Shown in pieces: positions 1-12,457 of a stretch of DNA of 64,000 bases. This DNA comes from Haliotis cracherodii (lineage: Eukaryota), in NCBI RefSeq assembly GCF_022045235.1, contig NW_027266265.1:26784001-26848000 (forward strand). The letters run 5' to 3'. Under the pieces are notes generated by a model. The model did no database searches. It had not been told where the DNA came from and was given only the letters and a program-made list of their open reading frames with translations. How positions within the stretch are numbered: the first letter of the stretch is position 1; the number at the start of each line of letters is the position of its first letter. The translations under genes and the position numbers were made by a program.

Positions 1-358
1 CTGAAGATGTTAGACCCCCAACTACCTCTCTCACATCTGTAAACGACTGTAAAGGGCTTCCAGGCCTAGTAGGACGACATCATTGATAAGTTTACTAATG
101 AAGCTGGTCAAAAAGGTGTTGAAACAACGTGCTCGGCTGGCTGTCAAAAGCAATGGAATTGGCCTGGGCGTGAGATGGAGTGATAGACAGAGCATCTTGG
201 GATGTCTCACAGTTATTAACAAAGGCCAGATACGCATTTATGAAGTTGTAGGAAACAAACAAATCCTAAAAGGATATGGTTACATTAACGAGCCATAAAA
301 ATACTTCTTAATCTGGAATGTTTTCAAACTTTTCCGAGCACAGTCGGAAGCAAAAGTG

Positions 359-1246
359 CGTGTCTGATAGCTACTTTACATACAGACAACCAGGTCACCG
401 AGCCTGACCACCCTTTTTAGTGCACTGTCGTGTCTGATAGCTACTTAACATACAGACAACCAGGTCACTGAGCCTGACCACCCTTGTTAGTGCACTGTCG
501 TGTCTGATAGCTACTTTACATACAGACAACCAGGTCACCGAGCCTGACCACCCTTGTTAGTGCACTGTCGTGTCTGATAGCTACTTTACATACAGACAAC
601 CAGGTCACCGAGCCTGACCACCCTTGTTAGTGCACTGTCGTGTCTGATAGCTACTTTACATACAGACAACCAGGTCACCGAGCCTGACCACCCTTGTTAG
701 TGCACTGTCGTGTCTGATAGCTACTTTACATACAGACAACCAGGTCACCGAGCCTGACCACCCTTGTTAGTGCACTGTCGTGTCTGATAGCTACTTTAGA
801 TACAGACAACCAGGTCACCGAGCCTGACCACCCTTGTTAGTGCACTATCGTGTCTGATAGCTACTTTACATACAGACAACCAGGTCACCGAGCCTGACCA
901 CCCTTGTTAGTGCACTGTCGTGTCTGATAGCTACTTTAGATACAGACAACCAGGTCACCGAGCCTGACCACCCTTGTTAGTGCACTGTCGTGTCTGATAG
1001 CTACTTTAGATACAGACAACCAGGTCACCGAGCCTGACCACCCTTGTTAGTGCACTGTCGTGTCTGATAGCTACTTTACATACAGACAACCAGGTCACCG
1101 AGCCTGACCACCCTTGTTAGTGCACTGTCGTGTCTGATAGCTACTTTACATACAGACAACCAGGTCACCGAGCCTGACCACCCTTGTTAGTGCACTGTCG
1201 TGTCTGATAGCTACTTTAGATACAGACAACCAGGTCACCGAGCCTG
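359..1246. repeat. Minisatellite, 70-bp unit, ~12.7 copies
   Basis: tgtctgatagctactttaca recurs at 361, 431, 501 ... 1201; near-identical units. Confidence 0.97.
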
Positions 1247-1552
1247 GCACTGTGTGAAGCGCGCGTGGTGTGGCTGGAAAGGATCGGCGCCGATCTAAAA
1301 AGGATGTGCACAGGACGGTGCACCCATAACATGAAAGACAGTATTTCCATGCCCACAGAGTGCAGAAAGACAGAACCAGGCAGCATATTTCTGCCGGCAT
1401 CAAGGTGATTATAGGTATTCCCTGTTGATAAATATGGACATATTTGGCTACCCTGCTGTTTTCCAAACGAAAAGGACAGCCTCCGTGGACTTGAGAATAG
1501 GGTGTCTGTCCGGAGAGCGGAAGGTCTGTGTTCGATCCCCGGCCGCGTCATA

Positions 1553-2656
1553 CGAGGGGCGATTGATAAGGTGTGAGCCTACCTCTGAAGTAGTGTGGTA
1601 CGGATGAATTCCTTTGTGGTGGTGATAGACTGATCAAGTACAGTGACATACACAGGAGGATTTGTATTGGACACGTTATTTAGTTTAGTATAAGCTATTG
1701 ACTGCAAGGGGGGGTTATGAGATGATTTAACATGGAGAAACAGGAAAAGCGAGCTGTTAATACCTTTACCTTTACAAGAAAAGCTTAACACCCAATGCCA
1801 TATATGAGGATATGTTATCCACACTAGGGGAAGATGCCCCGTCATATGCAACAGTGAAAAGATGGGTGGCAGAGTTTAAACGTGGGCGATCGAGCACTGA
1901 TGATGAACCCCATCCTGGTCCACCTGTTGTGTCTTCAACACCTGAAATGGTACAGCGAATCCTGGACATAGTCATGGACGACCGACGAGTGACACAGCGA
2001 CAGATAGCCAACTTAGTGGACATCTCTCAGGAGCGAGTGCATTTCATTCTGACAGATATTCTGGGAATGCACAAGGTTTCTGCTCGATGGGTCCCTAAAC
2101 TGTTGACAGCTGATCAGAAACGTCAAAGAGAGAATCTCTTAAGGGAGAACCTCAAGCTTTTTAAAGGTGATCCAGATAACTTTCTCAAACGATTTGTTAC
2201 AATGGACGAAACATCGGTCCACCACTTTGAACCTGAATCAAAACAACAGTCTAAACAGTGGAAACATGTCATATCTCCTACTCCAAAGAAAGCAAAGTCT
2301 GTGCCTCCACACATGTCACTGACAGCAATGGCCAAAATCCATGAGTGTGGCTTTGAACTTCTCCAACATCCACCTTATTCACCTGATTTGGCTCCGTCGG
2401 ACTATCATCTGTTCCCACAGTTGAAAAGGCATTTAGCTGGAACTCATTACCAGTCAGATGATGACGTCATTACAACGGCCAACAACTTTTTGAGTGACCA
2501 AGAAGCTGACTTCTACAAAATAGGCATAATGGCATTGAAACATCGCTGGCAGAAGTGTGTTGACCTTAAAGGGGACTATGTCGAAAAATAAAAAGCTTTG
2601 GTATCAAACTGACTTTGTTTTCTTTGTTAGACTTAGAACTTATCTATCGCCCCTCG
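1553..2656 (+). mobile_element. Mariner DNA transposon, internally deleted
   Basis: ~30-bp imperfect TIRs (cgaggggcgattgataag / cttatctatcgcccctcg); TA TSD at 1551-1552 and 2657-2658. Confidence 0.95.
1732..2591 (+). pseudogene. Mariner transposase pseudogene (N-terminal frameshift; in-frame deletion removing the second catalytic Asp)
   Basis: WVPKLLT linker, VTMDET and YSPDLAPSDY motifs present; HDNA segment absent (KKAKSVP joins PHMS); ATG at 1732 out of frame with ORF 1812-2591. Confidence 0.92.
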
Positions 2657-4726
2657 TATCAAAAGATGTCAAAAGATTTCACTTGTTGTTATCCTGCCTG
2701 GAGCCGCCATTAAGGGGCTATAACAAGGATCGGTCAGCTCAAAGTCAGTATTATGTATCTGTGTAGGGTATCAGATAAATAAATCTACAAATCCGACATA
2801 AGTCCGATATAGCACAGGCAGCCAAGTGCACACACACCTGCATGCACGTCCTTGTATAAGTGCAATAATCCTATTGACGAATAAAATATTGGGCTTGACT
2901 AAACTGGAGAGGGGTCGAAAAATCCGGATACTGAATTCCATCGAAGCCACAGTAGTTATAGAGCTGTACGGTTGCTTTACATGAGCCCTGGAGACCAAAT
3001 GTATTTATATGGTGTTATGATATTTGTTGACGCTGGTGTCGTGTTTGCTGCCTCTGCGTGAAGTACTATATATTCTTCAACTTGTGTCTTCGCTTTCAAA
3101 ATGACACGCTCTTGTTAAGAAATACAAAAAAATAGTGCCACGACATTGTAACTCACCTGGGTATGTCAAAAGTTACGAAACAAACGCAGGCATTGAACAC
3201 AAGTTTATCATAGATATTTTCTGCACTAAACACTAAAAAAAAGAAAGAATTTAGGAGCATGTCCAAACAGAGGCAAAGCTTTAAATATCGCAAAGAAAAA
3301 CCTAACATTTGTGTTTGAATACCACTACTAACTGCATATCACCAGATTTCATTACATTTCCTTTTTACAGTAATGGTAGTAAAGAGATTGTTTTTCAATA
3401 TGGCTTCCGTGGCGGCCATATTGACATTAGGATTCGAACCTCTTGAACATTTTCAGGCATCATCATTGGTCAATTATTTATACTAGCGCACAAAATGGAG
3501 CATATTTGTGTTGCGCCACGGTCCCTCTACTAACTACACGTGGACCAAATTGCATTATATCTAAATACCACAAATTGTTGTTTTTTTCGATACGGTTGCC
3601 TTAGATTCGAAACTTTTGAATATTGGTAGGAACAAACATATGAAGTCTCACTTCGAGTGGTATCCGAGAAAAAGCTGTATAGTACGGATGATTCATGATG
3701 ACTTCTTATTTTCCAGTATTGCCATTGGCAGTCAAACAAATTGACTCCCGATCAAGACGCCTTGAACAAACATGTTACTCGACCATCTCACCGATCAAGT
3801 TTCAATACTTTGACAATATCAAGAAGGATTGAGAACTTGTTTTCTTTTTCTTTTTCTTTTTTTTTCAATCAAAGATGACTAAATGGCGGCCATAATGAAA
3901 TTCGATTTCGAAACCCCTTGTGGAACCAACTTTCAACAACAAACATCCACACAAATTTCAGCTGAATCCATGAAGCCAAGTCGAAAATGAAAAAAAACAC
4001 TTCTCACCCAAAAATCCTAGCACACTTGGCTTTTCAGGTCTCTGACCCAAGCAACCAGTTGCTATTCTTACAGAAACGGTATTTATTTAATTCTGAAAAC
4101 CGGTTGTTTAATGAGAAATCATTAATATGAAAGCTTCAAATTGTCCGAACTCAGTTTCACTTTTATTTGTCAAAATAATATATAAATACTCCCAGGGTTT
4201 GGACATAAAACAGTATTCCACTAATCTTTCTCAAACATTCCTGGGGTCTTTTATTACTTAATGTCATCAACTGAATTTGACACGAGACGTTATGTGGAGG
4301 GGATAATAATGAAGATTTACTTCTGAGAACCCCAAAGAATAAGTGCTCAGAAACAATGCATTAATCTCATCAACTCGCTTAGGTTTAACCTTCACCCGAT
4401 TAACCTAGATACTTGTAATGAAACGCACCAGTCAAAGTCTGTATTCACATGCGTCTTATCAACCTAACAGTGTCCATTACACACATTTACGTTATCAGAC
4501 CATCGCCGTAGCTAGTGACTACTCTGTACGTATATACGGATTGACTATTTTGGTCGTGGTAAATGTTCCCTGTGCAAGTGTACCGAACGTTCATTCCAGT
4601 GCCAAGCGGATATCGTTTAGTATATAGATTATCTGGGTGACATACTTTACACCAATCACCGCTCTTTGCCTTGAAACAATCGACCAGTGAGGACGCATCC
4701 ATTCAACGACAGTCTTTGTAACAATG

Positions 4727-4918
4727 TATCATCTGTTCCCACAGTTGAACAGGCTTTTAGCTGGAACTCTTTTCCAGTCAGATGATGACGTCATTACAAC
4801 GGTCAACAACTTTTTGAGTGACAAAGAAGTTGACTTCTACAAAAGTGGCATAATGACATTGAAACATCGCTGGCAGAAGTGTGTTGACCTTAAAGGGGAC
4901 TATGTCGAAAAATAAAAA
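4727..4918 (+). mobile_element. Mariner transposase 3' fragment, same family as 1553-2656
   Basis: HLFPQL...RWQKCVDLKGDYVEK* nearly identical to 2403-2594. Confidence 0.92.
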
Positions 4919-5040
4919 TAGGGCTGTTACTGTTGAAATCATTTGAATAGTATTGTATAATTGATAGAATTATTATCTAGCTTATTCAATTATAATAGGT
5001 TGACACTGAATCAAAGAGGCATGGGTGGGCATGCAGCCAT

Positions 5041-6883
5041 GTACCTAGGCCGTGCAGTATCTAATTGTTCAGGGCTCCTTGGCCGTGCAGTATCTACTGG
5101 TTGTGGGTACCTAGGCCGTGCAGTATCTACTGGTTGTGGGTACCTAGGCCGTGCAGTATCTACTGGTTGTGGGTACCTAGGCCGTGCAGTATGAAACGGT
5201 TGTGGGTTCCTAGGCCGTGCAGTATCTAATTGTTCAGGGCTCCTTGGCCGTGCAGTATCTACTGGTTGTGGGTACCTAGGCCGTGCAGTATCTACTGGTT
5301 GTGGGTACCTAGGCCGTGCAGTATCTACTGGTTGTGGGTACCTAGGCCGTGCAGTATGAAACGGTTGTGGGTTCCTAGGCCGTGCAGTATCTAATTGTTC
5401 AGGGCTCCTTGGCCGTGCAGTATCTACTGGTTGTGGGTACCTAGGCCGTGCAGTATCTACTGGTTGTGGGTTCCTAGGCCGTGCAGTATCTAATTGTTCA
5501 GGGCTCCTTGGCCGTGCAGTATCTACTGGTTGTGGGTACCTAGGCCGTGCAGTATGAAACGGTTGTGGGTTCCTAGGCCGTGCAGTATCTAATTGTTCAG
5601 GGCTCCTTGGCCGTGCAGTATCTACTGGTTGTGGGTACCTAGGCCGTGCAGTATCTACTGGTTGTGGGTACCTAGGCCGTGCAGTATCTAATTGTTCAGG
5701 GCTCCTTGGCCGTGCAGTATCTACTGGTTGTGGGTACCTAGGCCGTGCAGTATCTACTGGTTGTGGGTACCTAGGCCGTGCAGTATCTACTGGTTGTGGG
5801 TTCCTAGGCCGTGCAGTATCTAATTGTTCAGGGCTCCTTGGCCGTGCAGTATCTACTGGTTGTGGGTACCTAGGCCGTGCAGTATGAAACGGTTGTGGGT
5901 TCCTAGGCCGTGCAGTATCTAATTGTTCAGGGCTCCTTGGCCGTGCAGTATCTACTGGTTGTGGGTACCTAGGCCGTGCAGTATCTACTGGTTGTGGGTA
6001 CCTAGGCCGTGCAGTATCTACTGGTTATGGGTACCTAGGCCGTGCAGTATGAAACGGTTGTGGGTTCCTAGGCCGTGCAGTATCTAATTGTTCAGGGCTC
6101 CTTGGCCGTGCAGTATCTACTGGTTGTGGGTACCTAGGCCGTGCAGTATCTACTGGTTGTGGGTACCTAGGCCGTGCAGTATCTACTGGTTGTGGGTTCC
6201 TAGGCCGTGCAGTATCTAATTGTTCAGGGCTCCTTGGCCGTGCAGTATCTACTGGTTGTGGGTACCTAGGCCGTGCAGTATCTACTGGTTGTGGGTTCCT
6301 AGGCCGTGCAGTATCTAATTGTTCAGGGCTCCTTGGCCGTGCAGTATCTACTGGTTGTGGGTACCTAGGCCGTGCAGTATCTACTGGTTGTGGGTTCCTA
6401 GGCCGTGCAGTATCTAATTGTTCAGGGCTCCTTGGCCGTGCAGTATCTACTGGTTGTGGGTACCTAGGCCGTGCAGTATCTACTGGTTGTGGGTTCCTAG
6501 GCCGTGCAGTATCTAATTGTTCAGGGCTCCTTGGCCGTGCAGTATCTACTGGTTGTGGGTACCTAGGCCGTGCAGTATCTACTGGTTGTGGGTTCCTAGG
6601 CCGTGCAGTATCTAATTGTTCAGGGCTCCTTGGCCGTGCAGTATCTACTGGTTGTGGGTACCTAGGCCGTGCAGTATCTACTGGTTGTGGGTACCTAGGC
6701 CGTGCAGTATCTACTGGTTGTGGGTTCCTAGGCCGTGCAGTATCTACTGGTTGTGGGTTCCTAGGCCGTGCAGTATCTACTGGTTGTGGGTATCTAGGCC
6801 GTGCAGTATCTACTGGTTGTGGGTACCTAGGCCGTGCAGTATGAAACGGTTGTGGGTTCCTAGGCCGTGCAGTATCTAATTGT
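5041..6883. repeat. Minisatellite, 33-bp unit with three interleaved variants
   Basis: Constant ggccgtgcagtat followed by ctactggttgtggg, gaaacggttgtggg or ctaattgttcaggg. Confidence 0.97.
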
Positions 6884-6895
6884 TATGCGTACAAG

Positions 6896-7155
6896 GACCG
6901 CCTCTGTGGTCTTGTGGTAGAGCGTCCGCCTGGAGAGCGGAAGGTCCGGGGTTCGATCCCAGGCCGCGTCATACCAAAAGACATTAATAGATGTTACTTG
7001 TTATTACCTTGTTTGGCGCTCGGCATTAAGGGGCTAAAACAAGGACTTGTCGGCTCGGAGTCAATATACTGTGCCTGAGTGGGGTATTCATGCTAAACTG
7101 CGGCATGGTATCTCAGTGTACTAGCACTATAAATCGGCAACAGTCTGGACTAGTG
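6896..7155 (+). mobile_element. tRNA-derived SINE (family C), followed by (GCAC)n/(CA)n
   Basis: A-box-like tggtcttgtggtagagc, B-box ggttcgatccc; body ctcagtgtactagcactataaa resembles the conserved domain of mollusc MetaSINE/RUDI-type SINEs (from recall). Confidence 0.85.
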
Positions 7156-7183
7156 CACGCACGCACGCACGCACGCACGCACG

Positions 7184-7215
<32 letters not shown>

Positions 7216-7658
7216 TAGCCTCATTAGCCTCATTAGCCCATTTAGCCCCACCTCACCTCACCATCAAAACAAACATGTAGTTGTTATACCAGTTGCCCCA
7301 CCCCCACCCCCCACCCCCCACGGGGTCACGTTAAGGAATGAACCACAGAATGGGTGTCGTATTGTCGTATTTGGTTGATAACCCATCGACGACGACCGAT
7401 CTAGCGCGAGTGCATTTGTAACGTCCTCGTCTGTGTATGGTTACTTATAGTGAGCCGATTGTTGTAATACGATCGTGCCACTTTTGTCGCGAGCTATACA
7501 CACGACAGGGTCCGGGGACAGACCGATAGCTGTCCAGAACTGAAGAAATACGTCGTACGCGTTCCTGAACACTGATTACCCACCAGGACTCCTGCGTCAT
7601 GTTAACCCTTCCCCTACAACATCCCCTTTCTCACCCCACCCTCATTCCTCGAAAACAA

Positions 7659-7806
7659 TACACACACGCACACGCACACTCACACGCAGACACAGACACG
7701 TACATACACACAGACACGTACATACACACGCACACGCACACACAGACACGTACATACACACAGACGCATCCATACACACACGCACACGTACATACACACA
7801 CGCACG
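7659..7806. repeat. (CA)-rich microsatellite
   Basis: cacacacgcacacgcac... run. Confidence 0.9.
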
Positions 7807-8320
7807 TCTGAACACGACCCCTACTGAACACTTCTTTGGCTTCTCCTGCTATTAATGTTTCAGAAAGAAAGTTAAAAAAAGCAGAAGCAGAAGATTTGGC
7901 TCAATATTCATAAATGTAATATGGACGCAAAGTGCCTTTGTTGTTCCTGGCTGTCAATAGTAAAAACACTTGCCTCCATTTCAGCAACAACGATATCCGT
8001 CAAACCCACGATTGCGTTTGACCCACATTTTCAAAAGAAAATATTCCAAAGTCACCTATTCGCAACAGGTTACCAAAGTGTCGGCATTGATTGTATGACA
8101 TCAGCTATAGCTCCTCTTTGAGAATACCTAGAGTGTGTCGTCTATATTTACCTGATGATATTAGCCACGCATGAACCATAAACCACGCATGACAAGATGT
8201 CACTGCGATAAGCCGACATAGACACGCAATCTTTAATTATTTTGTAGTTTTGGTTACGACAAATAATATCGTCATTAGATGAGAAATGTCTGTTATGAAC
8301 TGCATCCAATAAAAGTCAGT

Positions 8321-9484
8321 CACTGCATATACCCGGCACACATTGTACCACTACATGCAGCATGCACCCATCATATCACCCACCACTGCATATACCCGGC
8401 ACACATTGTACCACTACATGCAGCATGCACCCATCATATCACCCACCACTGCATATACCCGGCACACATTGTACCACTACATGCAGCATGCACCCATCAT
8501 ATCACCCACCACTGCATATACCCGGCACACATTGTACCACTACATGCAGCATGCACCCATCATATCACCCACCACTGCATATACCCGGCACACATTGTAC
8601 CACTACATGCAGCATGCACCCATCATACCACCCACCACTGCATATACCCGGCACACATTGTACCACTACATGCAGCATGCACCCATCATATCACCCACCA
8701 CTGCATATACCCGGCACACATTGTACCACTACATGCAGCATGTACCCATCATACCACCCACCACTGCATATACCCGGCACACATTGTACCACTACATGCA
8801 GCATGTACCCATCATACCACCCACCACTGCATATACCCGGCACACATTGTACCAGTACATGCAGCATGCACCCATCATACCACCCACCACTGCATATACC
8901 CGGCACACATTGTACCACTACATGCAGCATGCACCCATCATACCACCCACCACTGCATATACCCGGCACACATTGTACCACTACATGCAGCATGCACCCA
9001 TCATATCACCCACCACTGCATATACCCGGCACACATTGTACCACTACATGCAGCATGTACCCATCATACCACCCACCACTGCATATACCCGGCACACATT
9101 GTACCAGTACATGCAGCATGTACCCATCATACCACCCACCACTGCATATACCCGGCACACATTGTACCAGTACATGCAGCATGTACCCATCATACCACCC
9201 ACCACTGCATATACCCGGCACACATTGTACCACTACATGCAGCATGTACCCACTGCATATACCCTGCACACATTGTACCACTACATGCAGCATGTACCCA
9301 TCATATCACCCACCACTGCATATACCCGGCACACATTGTACCACTACATGCAGCATGTACCCATCATACCACCCACCACTGCATATACCCGGCACACATT
9401 GTACCACTACATGCAGCATGCACCCATCATATCACCCACCACTGCATATACCCGGCACACATTGTACCACTACATGCAGCATGT
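8321..9484. repeat. Minisatellite, 63-bp unit, ~18 copies
   Basis: 21-aa periodicity in all three + frames; one internally deleted unit near 9250. Confidence 0.97.
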
Positions 9485-10337
9485 CCTCTCCTGCCCTCAG
9501 ATCCCTCCCCACACTATGGCACTCCCTCCACCATATGGTACGACCTCGTGCACGCAACACGCCGCCGTTCGTTCACCTCTTCGGCGGTAAACACGTTGTC
9601 TTCCATCAGCCCTAAACATACAGAATCGACTTTCGTCAGTGAAGACAACCCTCTGCCAGTCACGTCGTTGCCAACGTCGTACAGTCCGGGCCCATCTCAA
9701 TCGCAGACGACGATGTTGCGTGGTCAATAGCTGTCCTCTGTATGGTCAAAAAGCCCTGATTCCATGAGCCCAGAGTCTCCTGGCCACTGTCTGTCGACTA
9801 ACCCTGTGACCTAAGGCATTTGTCGCCGATGACGTCACTGTCAGGAAGCGATTTCGGAGGTGCAAGGTACGCAAGTTCTGGTCATCATGGGGCGTGGTCA
9901 CCCTGGGTCTGCTTGTTCTTGGCCTGTCAGTGGTCCGCCCTGTCTGATTGTAACGTTGCATCAAGTTGGTAACGGCAACACGGGAGCAACCGAAGGTTCG
10001 TGCAATATGGGCGTGCGTGGCTCCCATCTGTACCATACCCAAGGCTCGTTCACGTTGTTCGACTGTGAGTCGTGGCTTTTCTTTGGTGTGTTTTTTATCA
10101 CTGTGGATGTCTGACTTGCCGTTGCAATTGTTTTATACCCTTACCCGCACGTACATTTGCAGTTGTACGTGGTGCACGTGTTTTTCACTTTTTCGCGTGT
10201 TATCTCGCAAACATGTAACAGACGATTAACATTTTCTGCATACATTATTGTTTTATTTAGGTTATGTGTTTTAGTTTTTATACTTTGTCTGAAATTTATA
10301 TTTTCAGTTGGTAAAGTTTCTTTTGGACGTCAGTTTT
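9485..10337 (-). mobile_element. Tc1-like transposon, 3'-truncated, degenerate transposase
   Basis: PRLTVEQRERALGM...HTH, RPRVTT, WQRVVFTDESRF, GGGSAIVWGGI; start codon apparently mutated at 10078; frameshift and stops; probable TIR actgacgtccaaaagaaac near 10335. Confidence 0.9.
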
Positions 10338-10930
10338 TATATACTGTTGCCTCTGGACGATCTGAATATGCATGGATCACTATTATGCAACATCTGTTTT
10401 CGTTTTATCAACAGACATTCACAAGGAGAATTTTGCTCAACCCCTTCAACATCTACACACATACAGAGTATTTACTGCGAAACCTAATAAGGAGATAAAG
10501 ATACTGTGTTTTCAATGTAGAGCTAGGTTACCTGTAGATTTAACCGCGCTGAACTTGTAACCGAACGCGAATTTAGAATCACTACCAGTTACACGCATGT
10601 GTATATGTGCACTGTAGTAATATGTGTGCGTGCGTGCGTGCATGCGTGCGTGTGCGAGTGTGTAGTACATGTATTTGTAAATACTTTATTTAATGCTGTT
10701 AAAGACATTAATAATATTCTCCCTTATTTATCTAGCTCACAGAAACTTCTTATTCTATTGCTGTAACAATAGGTGTATGTAAATACGTATGTGTGTGTGT
10801 GTGACGGATAGCTGGATGGCTGAACTGACGGATATGGATGTGTGGATTCAGGAGTTATGCAGGGTAAGAAATGAATCGGAGAGTGTTTTTTCATGATGTG
10901 TGTGATGTTCTTGGTGTTACACTCAGTGTG

Positions 10931-10971
10931 CGCAGTCGAATCGCTCTACCACTAGACCACAGAGTAGGTCG
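10931..10971 (-). mobile_element. SINE family C 5' head fragment
   Basis: Reverse complement gacctactctgtggtctagtggtagagcg matches the 6896 head. Confidence 0.65.
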
Positions 10972-11930
10972 TCTCAGTATGAAGGCTATGTAGGCGGGCA
11001 TGTGTGTATCTTGTCTCAGTATGAAGGGTATATAGGTGGGCATGTGTGTATCTTGTCTCAGTATGAAGGGTATGTAGGCGGGCATGTGTGTATCTTGTCT
11101 CGGTATGAAGGGTATGTAGGCGGGCATGTGTGTATCTTGTCTCAGTATGAAGGGTATGTAGGCGGGCATGTGTGTATCTTGTCTCGGTATGAAGGGTATG
11201 TAGGTTGGCATGTGTGTATCTTGTCTCAGTATGAAGGCTATGTAGGTGGGCATGTGTGTATCTTGTCTCAGTATGAAGGGTATGTAGGCGGGCATGTGTG
11301 TATCTTGTCTCAGTATGAAGGGTATGTAGGCGGGCAGGTGTGTATCTTGTCTCAGTATGAAGGGTATGTAGGTGGGCATGTGTGTATCTTGTCTCGGTAT
11401 GAAGGGTTTGAAGGTTGGCATGTGTGTATCTTGTCTCAGTATAAAGGGTATGTAGGTTGGCATGTGTGTATCTTGTCTCAGTATGAAGGGTATGTAGGTT
11501 GGCATGTGTCTATCTTGTCTCAGTATGAAGGGTATGTAGGTTGGCATGTGTGTATCTTGTCTCAGTATGAAGGGTATGTAGGCGGGCATGTGTGTATCTT
11601 GTCTCAGTATGAAGGGTATGTAGGCGGGCATGTGTGTATCTTGTCTCAGTATGAAGGGTATGTAGGTTGGCATGTGTCTATCTTGTCTCAGTATGAAGGT
11701 TATGTAGGTTGGCATGTGTGTATCTTGTCTCAGTATGAAGGGTATTTAGGTTGGCATGTGTGTATCTTGTCTCAGTATAAAGGGTATGTAGGCGGGCATG
11801 TGTGTATCTTGTCTCAGTATGAAGGGTATGTAGGCGGGCATGTGTGTATCTTGTCTCAGTATGAAGGGTATGTAGGCGGGCATGTGTGTATCTTGTCTCG
11901 GTATGAAGGGTATGTAGGTGGGCATGTGTG
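10971..11930. repeat. Minisatellite, 42-bp unit, ~23 copies
   Basis: gcatgtgtgtatcttgtctcagtatgaagggtatgtagg repeats; 14-aa periodic ORFs. Confidence 0.97.
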
Positions 11931-12457
11931 TGGTGTGCGAGGGGGGATATTAGTGTGTGATGTGCGTTTGCCTGTGTACGCCTATGGGTGTGAGTTTAGT
12001 CGTTTACCCATATACGCGCGTGGGTGTGTGTTTACTGTGTGCGTGTGCGTGTGCGTGTGCGTGTGCGTGTAAGTTATTTGAGAAAAACCATTTGTATGTA
12101 TTCATATATTTTAAAATATTTTATAGTTCTCTTTTAAATCGACTGATCTTAGATGTCTCATAGGCCAATCTGTGTGACACTGTTAACACTGTATCACTCT
12201 ACTTCTTTCTTTTAAACATTACCAGCACCAACATGATACAGTAAGTCCATGTTGATCGTTGTTTGTCTTGACACCAGTTCACGGGCACCAGTGAAACATG
12301 TGCCGTTTCCGGTTATCTAAATTGCATACTTATGGCATTGGGGAATGCCATTCATGATTTTATGTCACAGACTTATGTCACAGGCTTATGACATGGAAAA
12401 TGCTTTAGTTAACTAATTTACCATATCTACTTGATCCGCTTCAGCACAGTAATATCA

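Larger units (their letters stand above)
1475..2875 (+). mobile_element. tRNA-derived SINE (family C, MetaSINE/RUDI-like), split by a mariner insertion
   Basis: 1475-1552 and 2659-2875 align end-to-end with the intact copy at 6896-7155 (gttcgatccc B-box, cattaagggg, acaagga). Confidence 0.8.

Noticed and set aside
5041-6883. CRISPR-like constant/variable alternation
   Set aside because: Variable parts are three recurring variants, not unique spacers; no cas genes; eukaryotic context
8279-9730. 415-483 aa His/Cys-rich ORFs
   Set aside because: Stop-free 63-bp unit opens all three frames; tandem repeat artefact with no splice or homology support
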